DNA from: Podarcis cretensis | Taxonomy: Eukaryota | Direction: 5' to 3' | NCBI GenBank assembly: GCA_951804945.1 | Contig: OX638153.1 | Span: 61,442,001 to 61,506,000, forward strand | DNA length: 64,000 bases | Shown: piece by piece, positions 1-12,000 of the stretch | How positions within the stretch are numbered: the first letter of the stretch is position 1 | Layout of the letters: each line of letters starts with the position of its first letter | Position numbers and translations under genes: made by a program | Notes under the pieces: model-generated | Seen by the model: only the letters and a program-made list of their open reading frames with translations | Database searches by the model: none | Told to the model about the DNA's origin: nothing

Positions 1-1320
1 GGAAGTGGGAGCGAGAAAAGGAACTGACAGCTCCCAGGTCGGTTTCCCGCCATCTCACCAAGCAGCGGACCGTCCCGTTCTCCATCTAGAAGCCATTTAC
101 TAAAGCGCTCCGAAGAAAGCCGACCAATCCTAATCTTGGTGGGCGGAGGCAGCTAAACGCTCGTCCCGCCTCCTTTCAGGCGGCCAATCGGGGCCCTCTC
201 GCTTCCCCCAACCTCTCGCGGCGTTATCTATGGGCGACGCTCAGTTCTCGAACTACAGCCCCCAGGAGCCTCTGCGCAAGCGCCGCCTCAGCCAATCGAC
301 GCGCCTAGCGAGGAGAAATTATCACCGCTGTGGGCAGGACTAGGCGAGACCCAATCAATCGAAAGGGGGGAGGGGATGCTTTGCTGCGGCAGCGGAAGCA
401 ACACTCCCGACTGAGCCCCCTCAGCGTCGGCGAAAGAAGCGGCTCCGGAGGCTACTCCGAGAGGCACCGCCGCCCCCTCGGCTGCAGGTAACTGGGCGGG
501 CGAGGGGAGGGCTCGTTCTGGGAGCGGGGCGCCAGGGAGAGGCGCCGCTCCCTCTGGCCAAGCCCCGCCGAGAGTTACTCGAGCTGGGCGCCCGACTCCT
601 CCTCACTCACGGCGGCTGCTTGGGGCGTTCGCGGCGGCCGCCGCAGCCTTTTTATTCTTGCTGAACATCCGGGTCCCTGGCCCTGCGCGTCTGTTTCACA
701 TAGTGATCAGGGAGGGAAGGGAGGCGGGCCCTGGCTACTCCTGATTAGCCATTACCTGTTTTCCCATTGGTAGTCAGGCGTAGCCTGTGCGGGCTTTCCC
801 ATTGGTTGGCAGGTTGTGCTGCCTTCTACGCTGGGCTGGCTCGCCATGGGGAAGTGAGGGGTTCCCATTGGCTGCCCGCAGAGGGGGGCGGGCTTCGCGC
901 ATGCTCTAGTGGGCGGAGCTTATGCCGAGAGGAGAGCTCCGCCCGAAGCGAGCGAAAGGGGAGGGGCCTCGGGAGCCGCCCCTGACCGGCGACGGGCGCT
1001 GCTCCCTTTGCCGCCTTGTGCTGTGCGCTGCGGCGTCTCCGCTGCTGAGTGTCGGCTTCTCCCGTCAAGATTCCGCACTAAACTCGCCCCGATCGCGCCT
1101 GTCTCGGAAGCCAAAAGTTTGCGGGCGGGTGAGCCGGCCCAGCTGTTGCAAGCGGCGCTGTTCGTAATCGTATTGATCGTAGTGGCCCTTCCACGACCAG
1201 CGCAGTTTAGGGTCGGGGGTGCGGGGTGGGGCGAGGTATTAGGCTTGTTTCCCAGAACAAGGGGGAAAGAAAGCATCCCCGAATAAGGAGCTGCTCCTGG
1301 ATTCCCCTAGATCTCGCACT
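1..1320. promoter_or_regulatory. CpG-island promoter of SAP130
   Basis: High GC/CpG; CCAAT at 124, 184, 292, 351; GC boxes at about 141 and 165; ACTACAnnCCCA ZNF143/THAP11-like motif at about 252-270; YY1-like CGCCATCT at about 47. Confidence 0.85.
380..487 (+). other. SAP130: SAP130 non-coding first exon (5' end approximate)
   Basis: Donor CAG|GTAACT at 487/488. Splicing to 2887 gives CGG CTG CAG|GTG GAA ATG (RLQ|VEM), as recalled for the human SAP130 N-terminus. Confidence 0.7.
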
Positions 1321-2892
1321 GTGCACGTGCAGTCATTACCCCTGATGACTTCATGCTAGCTGCGTTCTGCTGCCAAGCAGGTAATTGAGATACTGTAGGT
1401 GTTGCCTGCAATTGATGTTAAAAGAGGGAGACAAACACATGAAAGTTGAATTTACGTTTGTATTGCGGTGTCATAAAGTGGTTTTGGAGTTGATGGTGAT
1501 GTAGAAGTTATGATCGTAAAGGATGTGAAGACTGATTTAGTCTTCCCTAGCTTGCTACCATCCAGGTGCAGTTTGACTTTATCTCCGATCACTCCTGCTA
1601 ATTAGCTATTTCAGCTGTCACTGATGGGAGCTGGAGTTCAGAACTAGTTTATGTGATTACTGTACTGATGTCAGGATCCAACGCCTAACACTCCATTATG
1701 CAGCCCAAGATTTGCTTATTCGGGAATAAGTTCTCTGTTAAGTGAGGCTTTCTCTCTGGTAAGTGTGCACAACAGATGCTTAGCTGTTCAGTGTAGTTGT
1801 ATTGTTCTGCGTAGTTGTACACTTCCTCTGGTTTTTGCATGGCTGCTGTCAACAGAAGTATATAGTAGTTTGTGTAGAACTTTTGAGTTGTTTGGAAGCC
1901 CTCTGCCTGAGATCTTGGAAACTAGACAGTAAAGTAAACAATGCTGATATAATTAGATCAATGGTCTGGTTTTACAGTTATAGTCACTTTCAGTGTTTCT
2001 ATGTTGTTTGCTCAGCTGTTGCACAGAATTAGCTGAGTCTTTCTGATTGCATTTGGGTACCTGTGTGTGACAGCTGTGTTGCTCATCATTACATTTACTG
2101 TCATATGTACATGTGCAATCTTTCAATATAGATTTAGTATTTAATACCAGTCTTACCTCCTTTGGAACTGCATGAGGAAAGAGTATAGAGAATTATAGCC
2201 ATTTACAAAGTACAAGATAATTACATCTATCATTTCATTTATTTAAAGCATTTCTGCCCTGGTCTATAATCTTTAAACTGTATTTGTTTTGTGTAGTTGA
2301 TGGTATGTTTAATTGATGTTCAGTACACAATTAAAATACTTTAATATAGGTGTCTTACACAGATGTTTGCATAGCAACTGTTATTTATCGATACTACTAA
2401 TGCTAATATTGAGTCTTAATTTCATAATTATAGCCCTGGTGTTTTTTTCAGATAGTTAGTAGAGAAGTCCTAATGTCAAAATATTGGAAGGTTAATATCC
2501 TCTGTACACATTTCTGGGAGTAAGATTCATTGAAGACAGTGGGACTTATTTCTCAGTAAGCATAAGTTGGCACTGTAAACATTGGATTTGTGCCAGGCCT
2601 ATGTATTGCTACTTTATTATTTGCATGTGGTGGTTGTCACTTGAACCTGTGTTACTATTTTTATATTTCAGTATATTAACGGACCAACATTTGTTTATTA
2701 AGTTACTGAACTTGGCTGAACTGTTTGTATTTTGTATTTTAACCAGATGGAGAGCTTGCATATCATTTGTCAGTGGCTACTCTGTGCAAACATACGTAAC
2801 CTAACTGAATTTGCTGGGATTCCTCAGTAACAAGGGCTTCAGTAATGTGGGTGTATGAATTATTTGTAATTCTGTGTGTTCCATAGGTGGAA

Positions 2893-3004
2893 ATGAGTTC
2901 TCAGCAGTTTCCCCGTTCAGGACCCCCTCCTGCAAGTCTAGGACCAGCTCCAGCTCCGATCTCTACCAGTGGATCTACTGGATTGATAAACCCAACAACT
3001 ACAG
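2893..3004 (+). CDS. SAP130: SAP130 coding exon 1 (exon starts 2887)
   Basis: TAG|GTGGAAATG; MSSQQFPRSGPP...; donor at 3005. Confidence 0.93.
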
Positions 3005-6000
3005 GTAAGGCAACTACAGGATTTCTACTAAGGCTTCAGTATACTTTTTTTGTAAGTAAGTTCCATAGCAATCAAAACAGCATTCCTGTGCCTTGCCTGT
3101 TTCTAGTCCTGTTTTCTTTCTAAAATTTCATACATTTTTCTATTTAGTGAGTGATGAACCCAGCCGAGAAATGGAAGTTGCTCCCAGAGATCATGTGGTC
3201 CCTGGTGGCTCTCTGCAGTCCCGTGAAGAGAAGCAGGAAACAGTGGTAGTCCGGCCATATCCGCAGGTGCAAATGTTGACTCAGCACCATACGGTACAAT
3301 CTGGTGTGCCAGTTACAGTAGCAGCTCCTCCAGCACATTTAGCTCCAGCAGTGCCACTTTCTTTTTCTGAAGGTCTTATGAAGGTAATGAGAGCATTGCT
3401 TTTCAAGTATGGAACAGGGGTATTTAATAGCACAAATTTAATGCAATGGCAAAGTTAGCTCAGGCTAGATTTAAGTTTAAGTGCAACTTTCTCTTCATTT
3501 TACCATGTACTTGTTTATATATGCCTTTGATTTCCTGGGACAGAGAGGGTTGAATACTGTTATCTGGGGCTTTCTAAAGAAAATCTACTGAAACCTTTAC
3601 CATTGAAGGCAGTCTGACAAGGGATTGGACTAGTACATAGTTCACAGTGATGGAGCAAATATGTTTTCTGTTATGCCAGAGGGGTAGGACTTGAACCAAT
3701 AGGTTGAAATTACTCCCAGTAGTTCCCAGAGGAAGAGGTTCACAGTAGTTAATTGGAAAGAGGCATCTTGTCCCTTGCATCATCTTCCCCGTACACTGAG
3801 GCTGGAGGTGAAATGATAATCATTGGTAATCTTAATCCTAAACAGTTTGGCTTAGAGAAGATACAGCCCCACAGGTTTTGAGAGTTGACTGTCTCTGTTC
3901 CAGCGCAACCAGTAGGGAGTTGCATAATTTCAAACCCTAGACCTAATTTTTGTTAAGCGGGAGAGAGCAGGATTACAAAAAGTTTCAAGGAAATTGGTTG
4001 ATGTCTGTCTGTATAATTATTTGTGTGCTAACTCCCAGTAGCTGTGTCCAAGATTAAAGCTTTTTGTACTAGTGACTTGATCTTAAGAAAGCAATATTAT
4101 TGCACAAAGATTCATCTTTTCATATGATTCTCTTCTGAGGAATAATGTGTATAGAGAAATTCAAAATAATTTAATTAGACTGTGGCTACCAGTAAGTTTG
4201 TTACAGGTTTTCTTTTCCCCTCAGGGTAAACTAACTGGTGCATACTTGTGTTGTTTTTATTTGTTCTGTTGCCACAGATTTCTAAGAACCAGTAGTTGTA
4301 TATTTATGTTCTTTGCAGCCTCCCCTGAAGCCTACCATCCCTAGCCGCCCTATTGCACCAGCTCCACCCTCTCCTCTCTCCTGCCCAACCAAAGTCCCAG
4401 GGCAAGTTACTGTAACAATGGAGAGCAGCATCCCACAGGCCTCTGCTATTCCTGTAGCAACAATCAGTGGACAACAGGTAATCATTTTCTTCTTCTAAAG
4501 TAACTTTTTTGTTTGTTTAAAGTCATGGAAAGCAAATGAAGCACTGTGAACCACAGTAGCCACAGTCTTGGTTTGTATCTCCTACCATAATAATTCATAT
4601 CTAACCTGTACTTTCAAACGGCTTAACTGTAGTGTGTGGTTGTATATGAAGCCTTTCTTGTAAATTACATCTAGACGATTTCCCCACACACAATCTGTTA
4701 CTGTCTGCAGGGACATCCCAGCAATGTGCACCATATCATGACAACCAATGTTCAGATGTCAATAATCCGAAGTAGTGCTCCTGGACCACCATTACACATT
4801 GGAGCGTCTCACTTACCTCGAGGTACTTAACATAATACTTTCTTGGGATGATTGATTATGTAATAAACTTATTCTGGGCAATGTTTATACTGTGGTTAAT
4901 GCATGCATCAATACCTTGGTAGAGTAGCTATAAAGATAATGGCTGCAATCTAAAGTAACGATTTTTAGCTTCTTGGTCTTGGGAAAGTGTAGGGTATAAT
5001 TAGGGTTACAGTAGAATATGGTGTGTTGATCATTTTTATAAAAAAAAACACACACCCCTCATATGTTTTAGGACAGGGGTGCCCTTCAGACATTGTTGAC
5101 TACAAATCTCATCATCCATAGCCAGCAAGGCCAACAGTTCAACCAGTGGGCAGGGTTGATGAGAGTTGTAGTCCAGCAACATTTGGAGGACACCATGTTG
5201 GCTGCCCCTTGTTTACAATACGCTGTGGATCACATGCCGTCTACATTCTGGGCAAATCCACCATCTCTAACTGCAGTTAACATTAATACTGGTGTCAACT
5301 GCAGTTCAGATGAACCAGATTCTTTATATACCAGAGTTAACAAATTGGTTTCAAGTCGTGTTCAAGAGATTAGGCTCAATTCAATATCCCTGTAAAATAA
5401 TCTGCAGTTCAAGCCAGCTGGAGAAACTTGATGCATCTGAAGGGAGAAGGGAGCATACAGCTCCACAGCCTATTCTCTCATGAGATGCATGAGAATGCTG
5501 CTGAGGGATATTGCAGCTATACAACCCTGGTTGATGTTACCACTTTTTCTTTCTTTTATGCAAATTGCTTTGTTTAGCCAGCACTACTAATAGCACTCTT
5601 AATTCTTTGTGTCATATATAAAGAGTCGTGGCTGCTCTTACACTTTTTGAAAAGTGGACTGTCTTAGGGATTCTCTCAGTTTTATGTGGGATTTTCCTCA
5701 GGTGCGGCTGCTGCTGCTGTGATGTCCAGTTCTAAAGTGACAACTGTCCTGAGGCCAGCTTCACAGTTGCCAAATGCAGCGACAGCTCAACCAGCAGTTC
5801 AGCACATCATTCATCAACCTATCCAGGCAGGTGACAATTGTGCAGTATGATTGTTGTTGTTGCTTTCAGATTCTTTTGGGCTTTTCTTAAGTGGGAAACC
5901 ACTTACATAGTTAAATGAACTGTGAAATCTGACAACTGGTTCTTGTGACTCAAATTCTTCAGCATTGCAGGCCAAGATTTAAAGAACCTGTAAAGGGAGC

Positions 6001-9000
6001 AAACTAATAATATTATCCAAAGAGTGAACTTCAGATTAACTCCCCCAGTTAAGAGCTCTCCATTTTGTTTGAAGCCCTCCTGTTAATGGTTGGTTGGCTT
6101 TTAGCTCCATTTGTGTGGAGTAGTGGCTGGCACAGGTGGGGCTGCATTGCTTTCCTGACTTCCCAGTGCTGCACTTTGCTGCCAGTTACTAAGGGGGATA
6201 AGCAAGGCAGCAGGGAGCTGAGTGGTGCAAGCACAGTTGTGGAGCCTACCATGCCAAGCTCTGTTTATATGTAAAATAGTTCCTAGTTTGTAAGGTTGCC
6301 AACAGTTTTTCTTTATAATATGTTTACAAAAATGATCTACATATTGCTAAGGGAGAAAAATGTGTCTGGCAATCAAATTACCGTATTTTTCGCTCCATAA
6401 GACACACTTTTTCCCTCCTAAAAAGTAAGGGGAAATGTGGGTGTGTCTTATGGAGCGAATGCAGGGGGAGGCAGGCAGGAAAAGCCCCCAAGAGCCACAC
6501 ACAAGCTCCGCGCGGCTCTTGCGGGCTTTCCCCCAGGAGCGAGAAGGGACTGACGCGGCTAGTCAGTCCCTTCTCCCTCCTCATAGAAAAGCCCGCAGAA
6601 GCCGCGCGCTCCTTAAAGGGTGCGCGGCTCCTGTGGGCTTTTGCGGGAGGTGGGGGAATTGCCATAGTCAAGCGCAGCCTCTCCCGGCCGGAGAGGTTGT
6701 GTGCAGCTAAAGAGGAAGCCAAGACAGCGAGCGGGATGGATCGCTGTCTTGGCTTCTTTGCTCTTTGGGGCTGGGGGGGAGAATAATATTTTTTTCTTGA
6801 TTTCCCCCTCTAAAAACTAGGTGCGCCTTATGAGTGAAAAATATGGTATCTGACCCTTAGGAGACTCAGAGGTCTATTTTTACAAAGTTTTGCTATGTGT
6901 AATTTCTTTACATTTTAGGCAGTGAATAATTTTTTTTTAAATTATTGGTTGAAAGCCCTAATGTAATACTTTTTCCTTACCTACCACAGTCCCGGCCTCC
7001 TGTGACAACTTCAAGTACCATCCCTCCTGCTGTAGTAGCAACAGTGTCGGCCACGAGGGCCCAATCACCTGTTATTACAACAACGACAACACATGCCACG
7101 GAAGCTACCCTCAGGTAACCAGTATACCCATTAATAGTACAACCACAGATATGTTTATTTGGAAGTAAGTCACTCTGTGCTCAGTGGAGCTTACTCCCTA
7201 GTAAATGTGTCTTGGGATTGCTTTCTTAAATAAAAAAGGTACATTCGGTGATTTAACTGAGGGCCAGTTTACACAATATGGCCATCTAATGGGAGCTGCT
7301 TCAAACTGCCTCCCTAGGCAGCTGCTCCATGAAAGGAGCCATTCTGTGTGCAGCACCTTGCTATGCAGCTAAGCACCCTTTCACATGGTGGCCATATCAT
7401 GTGAAACCGCATTGATTGAACTGTCCAGGAGAAATGCTGTTAGTGCATTAATTCATGTAATGCACAATGAAGAAGCCATTCTAAGCTCTATTGTGGTGTC
7501 TCTTCATAAAATGAGTCGACGGACTGTTAAGTGCTTTCAGAAAAAGAACCTTAGATTGTCTTTTCCAGCCGGCCAACACTGTCAATTCAGCAGCACCCAC
7601 CTTCTGCACCTATCAGTATTCAGCGCCCTGCACAGCCACGGGATACAGCAACCAGAATTACCCTGCCGTCCCATCCAGCCATAGGTACACAGAAACAGCA
7701 GCTTCACACCATGGCTCAGGTAAATATTATAAGTGAGATCAGCGCAGTTTCTTCCATGTTGTTGTCTGACTTTTGTCATATGGTTTTATAAGGTAGTTGA
7801 ATGAGGTTTCATGACATAGCATGAAACATATTGTTGGCCTGTACAGGGGGTGGGAAACTTCCAACCCACAATCCTCCATTCCTAAGTCTGGAGCTTCTTT
7901 CCTTTCAGGAACACAGTCTGCCTCCTTGCTTTCTTTAATCTGCCAAGCAAGTCTAGCCTTCCTTTCCTCTTCTAGGCTGCTGCTTTTCTACTTGGTGTTT
8001 GATATACCTAGCATCTTTCTTTTGCTCAGTCCTCTGGTGTTGCTGTAAGAGGCTTAAAAAACCCTCTTGGTTCATGGCATCCTGCTATGCTGTGGCTGAT
8101 AGTCTAGGTAGCTTGTGGACTCTCATGAGCTGGTCACTTAGACCAACAATGGGAGGCCATCTACTCCAGCTCCTCTGTAAAGCATCAGATCAGGGGAAGT
8201 GCCATCTCTGTTCCAAGATGCCAAAATATGCCAATCATGGTTTCTTGACAGACAACTTTTTTCCCCCTGCAGAAAACAATATTTAGTACTGGTGCTCCAG
8301 TGGCAGCAGCAACTGTGGCCCCTATTTTAGCAACCAATACCATTCCTTCGGCAACTACAGCTGGTGAGTATCTACAGCTCAGCATTTCTTATGCACAAAT
8401 ACAAAAACCATTAATAGGGTTGACGTATCCTGCTTAAAAAAAAGCCCTTTATCTCTGATAATTATTGAGTGGCACAATCAAATTAGTGTATGATTTTAAC
8501 ATGTAATTTTGGAGGCTAGGCACACATGGAAAACACTACCCCAGTTACTGCAGGAGCAGGCTAGGGGTCTAGCTGTTCTACAAGGAGCAACAGAAATTTC
8601 CCAGCTTAGAAGTGATATAAATTTTCTGTCAAAGGCACAGACTCTGAAGAATGTTTAATTATGTGTGTACTTTTCTTCCTTTCAGGTTCTGTATCCCACA
8701 CTCAAGCACCTACAAGTACAATTGTCACAGTGACTATGCCCTCACACTCCTCCCATGCAACGGCTGTGACCACCTCAAACATCCCTGTCGGTAAGAGAGC
8801 ATTAGTTCTGAGCTTCATTGTCCTTTGATCTATCATTTTATTTTCTGCTGGGGCAGAATGGACTAGGTACATCAGGGGTGAGGAAACTTCTTTGCTTCCC
8901 ACAGGGCAACTTTGACAGGTGTCTGGTTCCACCTACCTGCTGAAACCCCTTGTGTGGGGTTTCTAAGCTTGAGAACTACAGCACAACGGGTGTTGTCAGC

Positions 9001-12000
9001 CCTGTGCTTTGCAACCCTCCCTGCGCTGCTCCTTTCCGCCCGTCTTGTTAAAGGTGAAAAGTAGCCGCACTGGGTGGCTTCAAACAGTAGTGCTGGGCAG
9101 GAGAAGCAGGTTCCCCTCCTTGAGCAAACCATGCTCCTACTACCCACCAGTTGAATGGAGGTTGGGAGTGCATCTTGCTCCAGCAAAGGAACAATCAGTA
9201 TCTGTTTCCTAGTATGAATCTACTACACTTTACTTTGTGAATAACTGGGATGTCTTTTTTCACTGTACAGCTAAAGTAGTCCCACAGCAAATTACGCACA
9301 CTTCCCCTCGCATCCAGTCTGATTACACTGCAGAGAGGAGTAATCTCATTCCTATATCTGGGCACCGGGCATCTCCAAACCCAGTTGCCATGGAAGCTAG
9401 AAATGATAACAGGTAACAATGAATTTACTCACATAGGATAGGTACTTAATCATCTTGGTTATATTGCATGTATGTTATACGTGAGGACATCTGCAATAAT
9501 ATAATGAAATGTGTTTTGATCTCTCAGTTAACTTCAGTATCCAAAGCTAATCCTATGCGCACACATATCTGAGAGTAAGCCCAGTTGAACTTGGTAAGAT
9601 TCGTTTCTGAATAGATGTGCATAGGATTGCGCCAGCTAAGACTTTGCATATTTCTGATGAAAGAAGCGCTTGTGATTTTGGATTGATTTGAACCAATCGG
9701 GCTGAAAAGACATCTAGGTAACCAAGTCACAATTTATGCTTCCAGTTCTGTGAGTTATGGACAGTGCTCTTCAAATTCTACAGTTTGTTTAAAAGGGTGT
9801 GGATTCAGGGAATTGTCAGGTTCCTGAGGAGCAAATAATGCTGCATGTCAAATTTGACTCCTGCATTTCTGAGCAGCTGTAGATGAAGGGAAAGGAGCTG
9901 CATTGTTAGGAAATGGAAATAGTGTCAGGTATACATGTTCTACAAACAGACTACATAGTGACATGAAGTATGTGCAAATGTAGAAACTCTTTCACTTCAC
10001 TTCTTCTGTTTACTCTTTATTGAATTATACTGTTCAACATTGTCAGGGTATAGAAACAGGGTTTGAATTTGGAAGCTTTTTGGGTGTCCTTCCAAGTGGG
10101 TAAATGTGATAGCGCACAAAGAAGCTAGCAAACCAGAACAGTCAATTGCATTGCAACAAAGGTTAATTAACAACCACTGCTACAGTTCATTTGAAGGCTA
10201 CAATTATACTGTTGTGTCTAACATTTAATTTATCTTCATTCCTCTAGACAGTCAGTACCTGTTCAATTCCAGTACTTCTTACCAACATATCCACCTCCTT
10301 ACCCTTTGGCTGCCCACACTTACACACCAATTACCAGCTCTGTATCCACTATACGCCAATATCCTGGTAAGGAATCTCAAAGTTTGATTTACAGAAGAGT
10401 TTTAGAGCAGCTACATAAATGAGCTTTCTGCATAAACTTTTCTTTTTTAAGTTCAAAGTAGGGTTCCAAAGTACTTTGGGAAACAAGCAAAGGTTATCTC
10501 ACAAATTTAATATTTAAATAATTAAAAAACCCTCTCTGCAAAGCTTGCTCAAGTCAAGATAATGATTAAGCAGATCATTTTGCTAAAGACTTCCGGCTTC
10601 GCAATGGGTTTTTCTCTCCCTCTCCTCTTCCCCATGCCCTCCCCAAATCTGCTCAGGAGAATTGGGGGAATCCCCAGAAAATACTGGGGGGTGTACTAGG
10701 GGCCGAGAAGGAGAGGAAATTCCATTGCACAGCTAGAGCTCTTTGTGCCAACAGAACTACTTTGGTGGCTACCACATATGGTCTGTTTTTTTGACCCAAA
10801 ACATAGTGACTACCAAGGGGAATTTTTAATCTAAATGATTTGGGGAATTCTGCAGTTTTTAAGTTTTGGTGATTTGCTGTTCTGAAAAATTGGTATTTTG
10901 TAATTACTCTCAAATTGACTTGTTTGTTTCTTGTGATTTGTATTACAATGGCTACTGCTACAAACAATAACAAAAATCCTCCTGACAGTCCTCTTCCACC
11001 CTTCTCTTGGATGTCCTGTTGTTTTTGGAAATGGGGGTTTGCTGTTAAATCTAAATTGGCAAATTGTGGTTTGTGCAAGCTCTCCAAACCAGGACTGACA
11101 GTGTGAAATAACTTCTAATAGCTTGACAATTGAGGTGAAAGTTTAACTGCTTTGTATTCTCAGCCATTGTATTACATGAGCTCCACGTTTACAGCGTTCA
11201 GCTGCTCTATTCCAAACTATTGGAATATCCAGTAATAACCACTTCTAAATTACTTCAGCTAATCAGAAAACTTGTTATAGCTAGACCCTAGCTGTGAAAG
11301 GGCCGTATGTTTTCCTTGGAGTATTGGAATACATCTTTTTCTTTGCATATATAACCTCAACAGTCCTCATGAGGATTATTATAATTCAGCTTTAGCATTA
11401 TGAAGCCACTGTTGCTGCTGTATAAATGTAATGCTGGAAGGGCTGGCTTATGAATCTTATTTAATCTGTTGGCATCTTCAGCAGGACCACAGATGTGTGC
11501 ATAAACTACAAGTATTTAAATACAAAATCTAACTATGCTGCTTGGCAACACAAGATAATAAATTGGCTCTTTTGTGTGGAAGTAATTAAGTCTATTGTTT
11601 GGTATTTCCAGTTTCAGCTCAGGCGCCAAATTCTGCCATAGCAGCTCAGACTGGAGTAGGAGTGGCCTCCACAGTTCATCTTAATCCCATGCAGCTGATG
11701 ACAGTGGATGCATCTCACGCCCGTCATATTCAGGGCATCCAGTCTGCACCAATTGGTGCACAGGGTATACAACCAGCACCCATCAGTGCACAAGGAATAC
11801 AGTCTGCGCCAATTGGAACCCAAGGGCTACATCCAGCTGCCCCAATTGGCACACAGGGTCTTCAGACTGCACCAATGGGTGCTCAACAGCCACAAACTGA
11901 AACCAAGACATCAGGTAACTAGCCAAGAATGCTTGTGTTGTGAGCAAAATTGTCCATAACTATTCCTCTTGGGGTTTGCTTTTTAATTAATCGTGTAATT

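Noticed and set aside
421-1286. Several overlapping ORFs in the SAP130 CpG island
   Set aside because: GC-rich low-complexity translations with no recognisable domain; expected by chance
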